A stretch of 64,000 nt of DNA from Octopus vulgaris (taxonomy: Eukaryota): positions 22,196,001 through 22,260,000 of the forward strand of contig OX597815.1 in the NCBI GenBank assembly GCA_951406725.2. The letters are read 5' to 3'. Position numbers and translations under genes: made by a program. Below, in pieces: positions 41,230-55,258 of the stretch; within the stretch, counting starts at the first letter, position 1; every line of letters starts with the position of its first letter. The notes beneath the pieces were generated by a model. That model saw only the letters and a program-made list of their open reading frames with translations. It did not search any database and had not been told where the DNA came from.

Positions 41230-41277
41230 TAACTTACTTGGAAATGGATGCGTAGCGTTTAATCATATAACAATATA

Positions 41278-41313
<36 letters not shown>

Positions 41314-41319
41314 GGGGGG

Positions 41320-41760
41320 GGGTACAGGACGTCACAAACCGTAAACAACATGAAATATGGAGACAAAAGAGTTGAATACATAAACAACGAGAGAAACAAA
41401 TGGAAAACAGGACAATAACATAAAGAATGACCCTTCATCAGTTGTCGGCTGTCCATCTACTCCTCATTTCGAGTAATGAACGACAATATGAGTCTTCGGA
41501 GGCCGGTTGCTTCTGCAAACCAAAATAAAATATGGGATTTGCGGAGGGTCAAAGTTGGTAACAAAAACAGGACAGTGGAGATATACAGAGAAACCGAATG
41601 AAAACAAACATGGAGGGTCGTTAGACCAGACGAGGTTAAATAGCGAACGCTGGAGAAATATTGTCTTTGACAAGAGGAAAGATAGAAGAGAAGAGACACA
41701 TGGGATACGTGCGGTCTCTTCGGCAACCGTGAAGGAAAAGAAAGATAATCACGTTTACGG
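41320..41760 (-). mobile_element. Repeat family G (second copy 61060-61420)
   Basis: Two collinear copies ending at (TA)n/(CA)n tracts. They contain CGACAA-CTGATGA-AGGG. Confidence 0.75.
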
Positions 41761-41779
41761 TGATATATATATATATATA

Positions 41780-42181
41780 CTCTTTTACTCTTTTACTCTT
41801 TTACTTGCTTCAGTCATTTGACTGCGGCCATGCTGGAGCACCGCCTTTAATCGAGCAACTCGACCCCGGGACTTATTCTTTTGTAAGCCCAGTACTTATT
41901 CTATCGGTCTCTTTTGCCGAACCGCTAAGTAATGGGGACATAAACACACCAGCATCGGTTGTCAAGCAATGCTAGGGGGACAAACACAGACATACGCATA
42001 TATATATATACATATATACGACGGGCTTCTTTCAGTTTCCATCTACCAAATCCACTCACAAGGCTTTGGTCGGCCCGAGGCTATAGTAGAAGACACTTAC
42101 CCAAGGTGCCACGCAGTGAGACTGAACCCGGAACCATGTGGTTGGTAGGCAAGCTACTTACCACACATCCACTCCTGCGCC

Positions 42182-42182
<1 letters not shown>
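41780..42182 (-). mobile_element. SINE family A
   Basis: Reverse-complement copy with a (GAGTAAAA)n tail. Confidence 0.9.
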
Positions 42183-42215
<33 letters not shown>

Positions 42216-42664
42216 TTCCTCTCTATTATAAGCACAAGACCTGAAATTTAGGGGAGGGGACTAATCGATAACATCGACACCAGTGTTTCGCTGGTACTTC
42301 ATTTATCAAACTCGAAGTCGACCTAGCCCGAAATCATACTATATATGTTATCTTGTATGTGGGTAGGACCTAGGCTAAGAGTGTTTCTTAGAAGTGCAAG
42401 TGTTTATATATAAATGGATATATGTAGGTATAATCTATTTTACACATATGTCTGTAAATTATATATTTTAATTTATTTAACTTTAAATTCTATCACCTTG
42501 TATTTTCTAGTTCTTATTTTCATAAAGATTGACTATGCATGTAAGAAGTGCATATCTGTACATATCTGTACATATCTGTACATATATGTATGTATTGTTA
42601 TTCTTTATTTCACTTCTATTTTATATCTGTCTATAGAAATAGTATGTAAATAAGTCTACATATG

Positions 42665-42705
<41 letters not shown>

Positions 42706-42953
42706 GCATGCATGTATGTATGTATGTTATTTTACTTCAGGATAGTCTCTCTTGGGTCTATAATAGTAAGAACGTATGTAAGAAGTATATAAATATATAT
42801 GTGTCTGCATTTATAAATAGATACCTGGTTCTATATATAAAAATATACACATAACAATGTATGTGGGTTAGACCTTCAACCAACATATATCAATATTGAT
42901 ATTAACAGTAAAAATAATAAGGATATTCGTAAGAAGCATATATATGCGTATAT

Positions 42954-42985
<32 letters not shown>

Positions 42986-43356
42986 TGATAAAAATGGTAA
43001 GATAACAAAAGAAAGAAAGAGACCTCGATATTATGTAAATAGAATTTATCTGTAAACTCGAAGTTTTATCATACCTACCGAATAATTGTCACATATTACT
43101 TTTACATATATATGCGTGTGTGTGTTTGAGTGTGTGTGTGTGTGTATGTTTGTGTATGTATATGTATACACACACACACACTCACACACACATACACACA
43201 TACACACATACACACACACACATACAAAACAATATGCACTACATTGTAGGTGGGTATATGGAAGAATATGTATGTATACGAGTCGGGATAAAGATACCTA
43301 CTAAACGTACTTTTTCTAATTGTTTAAAAAAAAGATATAAAGGCTAGACAGTAATA

Positions 43357-43763
43357 GGTGCAGGAGTGGCTGTGTGGTAAGTAGCTTGCTAACCAACCAC
43401 ATGGTTCTGGGTTCAGTCCCACTGCGTGGCATCTTGGGCAAGTGTCTTCTGCTGTAGCCCCGGGCCGACCAATGCCTTGTGAGTGGATTTGGTAGACGGA
43501 AACTGAAAGAAGCCTGTCGTATATATGTATATATATATATGTGTGTACGTGTATGTGTTGTGTGTCTGTGTTTGTCCCCTAGCATTGCTTGACAACCGAT
43601 GCTGGTGTGCTTACGTCCCCGTCACTTAGCGGTTCGGCAAAAAGAGACCGATAGAATAAGTACTGGGCTTACAAAGAATAAGTCCTGGGGTCGATTTGCT
43701 CGACTAAAGGCGGTGCTCCAGCATGGCCGCAGTCAAATGACTGAAACAAGTAAAAGAGTAAAA
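43357..43763 (+). mobile_element. SINE family A
   Basis: Full-length copy. Confidence 0.9.
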
Positions 43764-44025
43764 GAGAGAGAGAGAGTAATAAACTAACTTTAAATAGAGG
43801 CTGATTCGAGGGTAGAAAGGAGCAAGATATTTTTATCGCTAAAGACAGAGGGTAATATAGACCCTTCACAGAAACAAGAAACAGATGATAAATAATGAAA
43901 TGGTGAGTTTTAACACTGTATTATTTCTAAATGATTAATTTTATTCTTCAATTTCTGATTGCACTTTCTTCCTTATCACATGCAACTACAGGCTACAAAG
44001 CTCGTTTTCGCAGTTTTCTAAAAAC

Positions 44026-44180
44026 TGGCTGTGTGGTAAGTAGCTTGCCTACCAACCACATTGTTCCGGGTTCAGTCCCACTGCGTGGCACCATGGGCAA
44101 GTGTCTTCTACTATAGCCTCGGGCCGACCAAAGTCTTGTGAGTGGATTTGGTTGACGGAAACTGAAAGAAGCCCGTCGCA

Positions 44181-44213
<33 letters not shown>

Positions 44214-44441
44214 GTGCGTGTACGTTTGTGTGTCTGTGTTTGTCCCCTAGCATTGCTTGACAACCGATGCTGGTGTGTTTATGTCCCTGTCAGCTAGCGG
44301 TTCGGCAAAAGAGACCGATAGAATAAGTGCTGGGCTTACAAAGAATAAGTCCCGGGTTCGAGTTGCTCGACTAAAGGCGGTGTTCCAGCATGCCCGCAGT
44401 CAGCTGACTGAAACAAGTAAAAGAGTAAAAGAGTAAAAGAG
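44026..44441 (+). mobile_element. SINE family A
   Basis: Near-full copy with a (GAGTAAAA)n tail. Confidence 0.9.
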
Positions 44442-45057
44442 AGATACCATCAAGGCCATTGACACTCTTTGATTAGCAAACTGTATACTACCATCACTAC
44501 TGTGTTTCCCCATTCTAGACAGATTTATAATCCTCACTCACAATATCACATTCTAGCCATACAGGTATTATATAACTAGTCATTCTTGACTAATCATCCG
44601 CCAAGATCCTGATTTCCTGAGACAACCGGTTTTTGTAGAAGAAATCAGGGCGGTTTGTCTGACTTCAAATTTTACAGCAGACGACAATTACCAGTAATTT
44701 ATTTTATTTGGTTTATATCGCATTGTGCTAATCATGCAAGCCATCATATATAAAGACTGGGTCTTTGAATTTGTTTCTAACACATTTGTGATAATAATAC
44801 TCGTTAATTTCATTCCGGCATCAAGCTAGCTGTAGGGCTGCATGTTATGTGGGACCCTATTATGCAGTGGTCGATCAACTGGTTGAAAAGAGTAGCCAAA
44901 TCTTTCTCAAACTACATCTTGAAGCTTAAAAGAAGGGAATATTTTAAGGAACACAGTCCTGTAGACATTCTATCCAGGTGAAAAACGTAGAGGGGTCACG
45001 ACATGAATGCTTTTGAACACACGTTCGCTTCATCAGAATTTTCTACTCTTGTTTCTC

Positions 45058-45092
<35 letters not shown>

Positions 45093-45774
45093 ACAGACAG
45101 ACACACACACACACACACACACACAGGCGTAGCTTTCTTTCCAACCACATGGTTCGGGGTTCAGTCCCACTGCGTGGCACTTCGGCTAAACTTTTCTTTT
45201 TGTATCTCAACGTGGTCAGAAATCCGAGTGTCAGCGTTTGTACCACAACTTAAGAACTCAGTTAATCCTTTTGCGGACTACAAAGAAAATAGTAGATTAC
45301 AGTTGTTTGGAGGAGATCAATTTAATCCATCTAGCACTGACTGTACCATAAATAGCTATTAGCAACTAATGTATATTCAGAAAAATAGCGTAACTGACCC
45401 CTAATGAATAGGTCATAGACACCGAAACATATCAGGTCACTCTATTTTTCTTGCTTCAGGGAGAAAAATGTGTGGTCAAGCAGAGTATCTATTTTTCAGT
45501 GTTGCTGACATATGTATTTACACAACAGTTGGGTAAGTTTACACGTATATTATTAATCTTCTTTCTGTGTAGTGCTTTTAGTAATTAATATATATATGTA
45601 TATGTGTGACTGTATATGTGTTTGTGTGTGCATTTATACGTACAATCACATATACTATACACGTGTGTGTGTATGTGTATATAGTGGGAATGTGTAGATT
45701 CGTACCAGTATACATACACAAGCACTGAAATACACGCGCATATGAGTGTAAGCGTATGTGCGCATGTATATATA

Positions 45775-46168
45775 TCTTTATATATAAAAGTAAGGCTATG
45801 TGTCTGTCTCCTACGATTTAGATTCCTAACTACTCCCACATTTTGCGGTGCAGTTTAACCAAAACCGGGTATCTTATAGTCGTGATTCATATCGAGCCCT
45901 TCTGGGTATTAGCGCGCATCTACGATGAGTCTACGATTTAAAAAAAATTTACCATCATTTGTTTCCCATTTTAATGCATTTTTTTCGCTATTATATAAGG
46001 GAAGAAACTCTCTAAAAATGTCTACGATGAGTCAACGATTAAAAAAAATTACCATAATTTTTTTCCATTTTTAATGCATTTTTTTGCTATTATTTGGCTA
46101 TAACTATCTAAAAATGCTTATATAGTTATTTCCCTTACAAACCCGAGCAACGCCGGGCCTTACTACTA

Positions 46169-46169
<1 letters not shown>
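45775..46169 (+). mobile_element. Non-autonomous Helitron, copy 2
   Basis: A|TC 5' end, CCCG...CGGG hairpin, CTAG|T 3' end, no target-site duplication. These are canonical Helitron termini. Confidence 0.85.
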
Positions 46170-46247
<78 letters not shown>

Positions 46248-46248
46248 T

Positions 46249-46500
46249 GAAGGTGCGTGGCTTAGTGGTTAGGGTGTCAGGATCATGATCGTTAGATTGT
46301 GGTTTCGATTCCTGAACCGGGGAACGCGTTGTGTTCTTGAGCAAGACACTTCATTTCACGTTGCTCCAGTACACTCAGCTGGCAAAATGAGTAACAATGC
46401 GATGGACTGGCGTCCCGTCCAGCTGGGGAACACATACGCCATTGAAACCCGGAAACCGGGCCCATGAACCTGGCTAGGCTTTTAAAATGACGCACTTATT
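46249..46500 (+). mobile_element. tRNA-derived SINE, family C
   Basis: Collinear with 13830-14085. Confidence 0.85.
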
Positions 46501-46689
46501 ATATATATATATTTATATTTGTAGTATAAGCTATAGATTCAGAAAATTGTGTAGCTATAAGAGAAGGCTCTTCTAACGAACTCGGTTAATAGATCACATA
46601 GTAATCCAATACAGAGAAGTGTAATGTAGAATGTCCATGCAGCTGATATCCCAAAGCTTCATGAGGAATATATAAACCATGAAATCTCT

Positions 46690-46901
46690 GTAGGTATAAG
46701 GAGTGAACATCTTAACTTAACCACTTGCTATTTTTACGATCACGGCCATTTCAAAGCCTTCTTCATGTAGTTATAATTTTAATGTGGAATAAACTTAATT
46801 TACTCTCGCTAAAATTATAACTACGTGGAGAAGGCTGCGAAACAGCCGTAATCCTAAAGGTGTTAAATGATTACATTAATATATTCATCTCTCATACCTC
46901 C
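46690..46901. repeat. Diverged inverted repeat, each arm with the 3' half of a hammerhead
   Basis: Arms at ~46690-46781 and 46810-46901, carrying GAAA-CAGCCG-TA (+) and GAAA-TGGCCG-TG (-). Confidence 0.65.
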
Positions 46902-47023
46902 TGTTATTTTAAGGCTCGAAACGTAAAAGACTTTTTCTATTCCTGAGCGCTATACTAATACATTTGTTTGTTTGTACTCCACCTGCCTTCGTCTTTTGTT
47001 TATTTTCGTAAACTTTCCTTTTA

Positions 47024-47074
<51 letters not shown>

Positions 47075-47165
47075 GATTCACTTTAGAAGTATGCCTGTTT
47101 GTTCATACACACACATTCGCGTGCACGCACGCACACACACATGCACACGCACGCACATACACACA

Positions 47166-47221
<56 letters not shown>

Positions 47222-47259
47222 TTACTGCTAACTCAGTGAATACTAAATGTTATTTTTAC

Positions 47260-47359
47260 CGTTCTTTCTTGTAAAATTTTATCAAAAATATTGGCTAAAT
47301 CGTGAAAAGATGGTCTTTCTTCGGGTTCGGTCTTCCAGCACTTTTGCATTATAGCATAC
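47260..47359 (-). CDS. Ret: Ret-like RTK, coding exon (kinase subdomain XI)
   Basis: Boundaries are tttctttgtttcag|G...ACG|gtaaaa. The 100 bp translate YAIMQKCWKTEPEERPSFHDLANIFDKILQERT, with the CW..P..RP.F kinase motif. Confidence 0.95.
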
Positions 47360-47415
47360 CTGAAACAAAGAAATTATAATAGATATTGATAACGAAATAT
47401 TTGCAACAGGAACAC

Positions 47416-47504
<89 letters not shown>

Positions 47505-47891
47505 AGAGGAGGGAGAACGAATACTAAGAATTCCAGAAACATTTTAAACATGATGTTATTAATTATTTTTTCTTTTATCATCTATTAAAATTTTATATTT
47601 TATCAAATCCCCCACACAGTTCAAAATACGCCACATAATCAATATATTTCTATAGCTTTTAACATCAATGATACCTCAAAGTTTTCGTCTCGTACGCATC
47701 CCATATTTTCTCGTATTAAAACTGATCTGCATACATTACCAGAGATAATCTATATTCTATAAGTTTTAATATCACTATCATATTTTTTTCATCTTATCGA
47801 GAATCTATATTTTGCCATATCATCAAGAATTAATTTAGATAACAAAATAATAAAAATAAATATTAAAAACAGTAAATTACAAATGAATTAC

Positions 47892-47988
47892 ATTTCATCT
47901 GGGCAATTATCAGGCTTGTCCATCCTGTAACCAGTTTTCAATAAGGATAGGATTCGGTCAGAGGAAATTCCAGGATACGGACTATCGC
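47892..47988 (-). CDS. Ret: Ret-like receptor tyrosine kinase, internal coding exon (kinase subdomains IX-X)
   Basis: Boundaries are ttacag|GC...AT|gtaatt. The 97 bp translate (G)DSPYPGISSDRILSLLKTGYRMDKPDNCPDE(M), closely matching vertebrate RET [32 protein letters not shown]. The phase fits the next exon. Confidence 0.93.
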
Positions 47989-48314
47989 CTGTAATGAAAT
48001 AAATTAGATAGTTTGAAGATGCATAATCACTAATATAAGTTTATGTAAGCAAGCGTGATGGCTTGAAAACATTTTTGCTTAAAAGTGAAGATATGTGATT
48101 TTGAAAATGGAGCCCATAGCATTGAGATACAGTTTGGGCTTTTATGAGGTTTTTACACATCGAAGTTCAATGCGTTTGATATTTGAATTTGGCGAAACTA
48201 TGATTTTGTCCCAAAACTTTTATGAAGAAAAATGATTATACGAATGTAGATTGGTATACATATGCCTGTTTGTTCATACGCACACACACTCACGCGCACA
48301 CACACACACACACT

Positions 48315-48347
<33 letters not shown>

Positions 48348-48902
48348 TGCACTCATATACACTCCTATACACACGTACACACTCACACACACTGCACTCA
48401 TATACACTCATATACACACGTACACACTCACACACATGCACACACACACACACACAACACACTCACACACATACACACACGGTTCTGAAATGATGCGCAT
48501 GACAAAGTTTGTGATTCTCAGCAAAATAATCTTAACATGGATCAAATGTGAAAAGATGGATCGCATTTACAGCAGCTGAAAGACCGAATAACCCAATCGG
48601 CAACGGGCGCTGTATCAGCCACCAGCGATACAAAGTCAGACAGCACAAACAGACTTCCTCATCCCATCACAACCTATGTAGCTAAATCGTGAACTCTAAC
48701 ATCAGAAGATAAACATAGACGAGAACTTTTTGAAGGATGATGCTTGTCGTCTATGCTAACACCCATAACAAGACAGGCGTGGAAATTCTTCAACGAAAGC
48801 AGCGATTCACATGACCATTACTGAGGTAATAAGAAAACAGGATAAAATGTTTCTACCATGTAATGATAAAGATAAAGCCATAGAATAGCTTTGGAGCGCT
48901 GC

Positions 48903-49043
48903 GACTTTGCCTTTCATCCTTCCGGGGTCGATAAATTAAGTACCAGTTACGCACTGGGGTCGATGTAATCGACTTAATCCGTTTGTCTAACCTTGTTTGT
49001 CCTCTCCGTGTTTAGCCCCTTGTGGGTAGTAAAGAAATAGGTA
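48903..49043 (+). mobile_element. SINE family D, 5'-truncated
   Basis: Matches the 3' half of 20286-20520. Confidence 0.8.
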
Positions 49044-49596
49044 TTCTGCCAAAATTTCCCAAATCTCAAACCACGTGATATGCAGCTAAAGATGTGATTC
49101 ACTCAGATTCATGAAAACACTGGTTTACTGCTCGCAAAGAGCTTCACGCAGAGTTTCTGATCGAAGAAAGTAGTGGAGGTCCAGTTAACTGGAGAGAACA
49201 AAGGCCGGGAGAGAGACACTGTGATGGAGTTAAGAAGCTTGCTTCGCTAACGCGCGGGTTTCGAGCTCGGTCCTAAGTGTGCGACACCTTCGGCAAGTAC
49301 CTTTTACTATAGTTCCAGGCTGATCAAAGCCCTATGAGTAGATATGGTACATGTAAACAAATACGTAAACAAGCAGAAGCTTGTTGTGCGTATGTGTGTG
49401 TATCTGTGTACGTATACATGTATGTATGTATGTATGTATGCATGTATGTAGACATGTACATCTGCACATATGTGTGTGCGTGCATATATGTGTATATACA
49501 TGCATATACATCCATGTACATATGTACACATAAGAACAAATACACACGTGCAATGGCCATATTCGATAACGAGGGGGCAGCCATCATGTATGTATG

Positions 49597-49627
<31 letters not shown>

Positions 49628-52071
49628 GTAAGTAAGTATGTATGTATGTATGTATGTATGTATATATGTATGTAGACATGTACATCTGCACATATGTGTG
49701 TTTACGTGCATATATGTGTATATACATGCATATACATCCATGTACATATGCACACATAAGAACAAACGCACACATGCACATACACACGCACGCTTGCCCA
49801 TACATACGCTGCTTATTTTTCAATGCACACGTATATTACTACCCGATTGATATGGACTAAATCCGAGTGGAAGCCTTGTTTCTGGGTTCGGAAACTGTCT
49901 CTTTTTCTGTTGGTAAAAAATTCTAGAAACAAAAACGACATTCATGCATTCATATGTACATCTACTCTCAGTCACTCCTATTGCGATATGAATGTAAAGT
50001 GTAACGTATTCATTTGAAGCTGTTAAGAACAATGCAACTTTCTTTACTATTTCCACATCTTAATTTTACTATTTCCACATCTTAATTTTAGTACGCAATG
50101 CTACTTTTTCTCCCGCGGACCGTTAGCTATAATACTCCTTACAATAAAGTAAATAGAATCCACAACTATTTTGGTTTTGTGACTTAATCTCCACCTGGTA
50201 TTTAGTGAATAGAATATTAAATACACCATCGCATGAAAAAAGATCGTTATGTACCCTTATGGGTACTAGATGGAGAATGTTTAATATAAAAAATAATAAG
50301 CCAATTTAGAAACCTGTCTTTATTTAATATAGAAAAAAGTCAATTAATTTTTCGTCGTGACTAATTGACTTACATCAACACTATGAATGGAAACATTGCA
50401 GTAGCTTATGCAAAAAAGTACGTGAGATCAACAACTTCTTAAGGAATGGGCACACCATAGTTGCCCAGGGATGTCACGGACATGGGGTCCAATGTTAGAC
50501 TATGTATGCTATATTTTGCTGTCAGCAAATAAATATGCATTGCTTTGCCCAGGGATGGGTGGTAGGGTCCATAATGCTATTTGGATGTCTCTGCATAGGA
50601 TTCTGAAGGAATTACTGCATTCAACAGCATCCATTATTCGGTGTGTTCGAAAGGACATTGAAAGGAAATGTATAATTGTTAAAATTATGTTGTCGGAGTA
50701 AAACATATCAAAAGCTAATCATATGCGTATGATGTAATCACCCGTTTCTCCATAAGAAAAAAGTTTCTTCGGAGACTGGTTTTTCTTTGTTGTATGGGCT
50801 AGTCGCGAGCTATGTACTGTAGGGAGTCTAGATTCGGGCATAGTTTTGATTTGACACTTCATCTGTGCACTTAATATTTTCTTAGATAAATAGATGAACT
50901 TCACATATTTACGTTCCTGTACTTGCTACAAATATATATATTGAGTTACAACCAATATGTAGCGTCACAGTTGGACTTTTGAAAACTTTTGAAAAAGATA
51001 TAGTACAGCTTTTAGATTTGTCATTAGTATTATTTACCCATTCACAATAAGAATAAACATAGCAATTTATATATGTATAACATTTCATTTGCATAAAGGA
51101 AATATTCGAAATAGAAACAGGAAGTCAGCCCACTTGAAATTTATCTCAAATCTGCAGCGCTTGTCTTATAATCAAAACAGTATCAGTTATAATATGAAAT
51201 ACAATAATATGTTTTATCAATAGCTATATCTTTACAAAACAATTATATATGACATCAGAATAAAAGAATTGAAATATGAGTACTGACGTTTGACTGAAAA
51301 TAAAAAAAAAAGCTGTCGGATCAGTTAAGTTGATTTAGTTATTCAGTTTATAAAACTGAAGTGGTCTAGCAAGCAGTTTACTGTCGTTAACATATCGATA
51401 AGCACCCTGATAATGAGCAAAAAGAGAAACATTGAAATAAACAGTTCCGTAACAAATAAACAAATAATCAATAACTGGTGAAGTATTGTTAATATCTACT
51501 CTCCAATTATTAATACCTAGCTTTAATTCTTATCGACTCGCTCTGATTCCATTTATATTCACTGCCTTGTCTTATGAGCGCTGAAGTACCTATTTCCTTT
51601 CCACTGAAGTAATTTATCAGCCGATTTGATTTGACACAAAAAGGTAAACCTGCAGCCGGATGTATTTTTTCAAATACTTTTCGAACCATTTCTTTCATTG
51701 ATAATCATTAAAATATAATTATTATATATTGTTACTTTCAGCATTTCTTAGTTATGTCTTCTTACCTATACCCAAGTGGTGCTAAATACAAGGTCTCCAA
51801 ACCAGTAACTATATTTTGACAATAGTATTGCAAATAAATAAATTAATTGATAAGTAAGTATTAGAACAAGATTACTGCCCAAGTAACAAAATAGCATAAC
51901 ACACAAATTTATTTTATATGAATAATTAACTCTACATGCAAACAATTGAGAATAGTATTTAGAGGAGATAATGAAAACTGTAGAGTGCTTTCATGAATAG
52001 TTATTTAATTCTATGCGTAATTGTCATAACTGCAATTTATGGTATATACCTGAAATATATATATATATATA

Positions 52072-52330
52072 TATATATAAATTAGAAAAAAACACTTTTT
52101 ATCAATTCAATGATGAAAGATTAAATTACACCATCTAGAAAATTACATATACAAAAATTAAATATAAGATAAAAAGTATAACGATGATTAAGTAATGTGC
52201 AAAATAATAAATAAAACGTATATATTTTTTATTTTATATTTTATTTTTCTATAATATGTAATTTTCTAGATGGTGTAATTTAATTTTCATTATTGAATTG
52301 ATAGAAGGTGTTTTTTTCTAATTTATATAT
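52072..52330. repeat. AT-rich inverted repeat with ~78-bp arms, adjacent to (TA)n
   Basis: 52072-52150 pairs with 52254-52330 (ATTAAATTACACCATCTAGAAAATTACATAT and its reverse complement). Confidence 0.8.
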
Positions 52331-52415
52331 ATACATATATTATATTTTGTGAAATTTGATTTAGTATTTCTAAATTGAATATTTTCCCTTGTAAGTTTGG
52401 TATAATATTCCCTCA

Positions 52416-52460
<45 letters not shown>

Positions 52461-53959
52461 CATTATTATAATATATATATATATAACATACTCTCAGACA
52501 TGTTTATGCATTTAATACACGCCCCCACAGAAAATCAAGCATACACATGCACCAACACACACGAGTAAGTGCACGCGTGCGCGTGCGTGCGTGCGTGCGA
52601 GTGTGTGTGTGCGTGTTTGTATGGTTTATATACAGTGGCATATTTGGTTTCATTTTAGAGTAAACTGGAGACTTTCCTTGCTTACTTCAGTCATCAGACC
52701 GGCTGCTTTATACTTAGTAATAGCCGACGATAATGAATGAGAAATCGAGATACCTATGAGTAAAAGTTGTAAGGGTGGTGACTCAAATTTTCAAAAAGAT
52801 TCTGTTTACGTCCCTATAATTATTTACACTATGTATAAAAGTTGCAATCTAAAGATGGCAGCTCAGATCGCCATAGTTTCAACATACCTACCTTGGATTG
52901 TCGATAATTATTTTGATTAAAAAATGACTCTTTTGTAATATGCGTTTTTAACCATGTCTACGTAGGTTCATATTAGATGTTTGATTAAAAATAATTTGTT
53001 GATGTTATGTTCTATTTAAGGATCCTCGCACATCCCCATATAACTTTTGTCATCGATTATCAGTAACATCACCTTAGCATGCTACGGATATTTCATTGGA
53101 TACTTGATCCAACGGGCAGCATTCTGCATTTCAGCATGCGTAATCTGAGATGATTTCCTTCAAAGCTTTGTTAGCAATAAACTAACCAGTTTGGTTTTTA
53201 TCTTTTAAATTGCTGTTTTAATTTAATTTAGTACGAAAGGATTGATTATAATTAATTGTAGGTAATTTCATAACGAGTCTCCAAATGTGGCTTATAGAAT
53301 ACCAAGTCTCCAAATTTTGCTTAGAGAATACTGGTTCTCCAAATGTAGTTTATATCCACAGAATATCATGAAGGATTTTGTTGTGATTAAAAGAATGTTA
53401 ATCTAGCAAGGTCGAGCTTTAATATTTAGAGAGAAGGGTGGGCATACCACTTTCCTCTCTTTCTGGATATTTCTTGAATTTTTAATATGTTTTCCTACAG
53501 GATGTATGAAGTCTTTACTTTGTGGCAGCTATCTGGCAGAGCTCAACGATAATAACCAGCCACTTTATAGGAAATTTCTTTAAAAAAAAAAAAAAGTTTT
53601 AGATTCTTATACTAATATTGGCAATAAGATTTTAAAAGCAATGTAAACGAGTTGGAAGGGCTGCGTCTGAGTAGTTTTTCGTGGGTTTATTTGTAAGTAT
53701 TGGAATCTAGTTCTAGAGAAACTTTAGGCAGTCAAGTTGAGTTAAGTTCGTGGCTACCGTTAAGGCGATGAAGTTTTCCAGTAGATGAATTTGCATTTGT
53801 TATATCTTTAAACCTCCAATATCATGGTGTGATGTTGTCGACGATAGATAAAGAATACATTGTAACAGTGTTATAACAATACAAAATAAATTTTTCCTTC
53901 TCGCTAGAGAACTGGTAACAAAGAATTTTTCTATAAATATTTTTTGCTACCCTAAGATT

Positions 53960-54010
<51 letters not shown>

Positions 54011-54733
54011 CTAAGCATTGATACGACTCTTAATCTTTCTTTCTCTCTCTCTCTCCTCCCTTATTCCCCCTCCTTTCTTTCCCTCTCCATCCGTTTTCCC
54101 CCCCCCTTCTACGTTTCTCTATCTCTCTCACCTCCAGCCCCCTCGATCTGTCTCTTTCTTCTCCTCCCTCGTCCACCTTTTCTCTCTCTTTTCATCTGTC
54201 CCTTTCTCTTGTCTTTTGTTCTCACGTGACCGCTAGCCGCTGTTGAACGCTCTTTTCGTTCCAGCAGCCGTTGAAGCAACACGTACTTGTTCGTCTCCCT
54301 GTGGCCATTAGGCACAACTTCATAAGCCTGCCCCATGCTCAATTCGTCCTGTCGAAAGACCCTTGTCCTACGTCCTGGTTTTGTTTTGTTGTTTATTTGT
54401 TATACTTTATTTTTACCGTTATTGTTTTTACGTTTTTGTATTCTTATTGTTGTCACGTATTCTGTATTTTTGTTCGTGCACTTCGTTCGTTTTCCGTCCT
54501 CGTGTTGTATACATTCGAAGCTTTCTTCCAGGGGATCTAATGCACTTGGCTTAGATTTCCCGTGGCGGGCTGGCCATATCGGAGCAATCTCAAGATTAAT
54601 CAGCCGAAATTGCTAAGATGATCTGGTTCTTGACTGATGACTGAGGGCTTCGAATGTCCCGTCCTGTGGTTCTTGTGTCGTCTCTGTGGCGTTTCATGTT
54701 CTTGTCCATGTCTGTAATTATTTTTACTGTTTA

Positions 54734-54782
<49 letters not shown>

Positions 54783-54784
<2 letters not shown>

Positions 54785-54937
54785 GTGGCTGTGTGTTAAG
54801 TAGCTTGCTAACCAACCACATTGTTCCAGGTTCAGTCCCACTGCGTGGCATCTTGGGCAAGTGTCTTCTGCTATAGCCCCGGGCCGACCAATGCCTTGTG
54901 AGTGGATTTGGTAGACGGAAACTGAAAGAAGCCTGTC

Positions 54938-54984
<47 letters not shown>

Positions 54985-55208
54985 GTGTGTGTGTGTGTGT
55001 GTTTGTCCCCCTAGCATTGCTTGACAACCGATGCTGGTGTGTTTACGTCCCCGTCACTTAGCGGTTCGGCAAAAGAGACTGATAGAATAAGTACTGGGCT
55101 TACAAAGAATAAGTCCCGGGGTCGATTTGCTCGACTAAAGGCGGTGCTCCAGCATGGCCACAGTCAAATGACTGAAACAAGTAAAATAGTAAAATAGTAA
55201 TAGTAATA

Positions 55209-55210
<2 letters not shown>
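54783..55210 (+). mobile_element. SINE family A
   Basis: Near-full copy between (TA)n tracts. Confidence 0.9.

Positions 55211-55258
<48 letters not shown>

Noticed and set aside
48731-48793. TTGAAG...GCTTGTC/GACAGGC...GAAA...CTTCAA fold
   Set aside because: Core is too divergent; it may be an old HHR but cannot be supported.
51767-51810. Minus-strand AG...GTAAGA bounded segment as the next Ret exon
   Set aside because: No frame gives the expected WSFGVLLWEIVTLG. No further kinase exon was recognised up to 64000.
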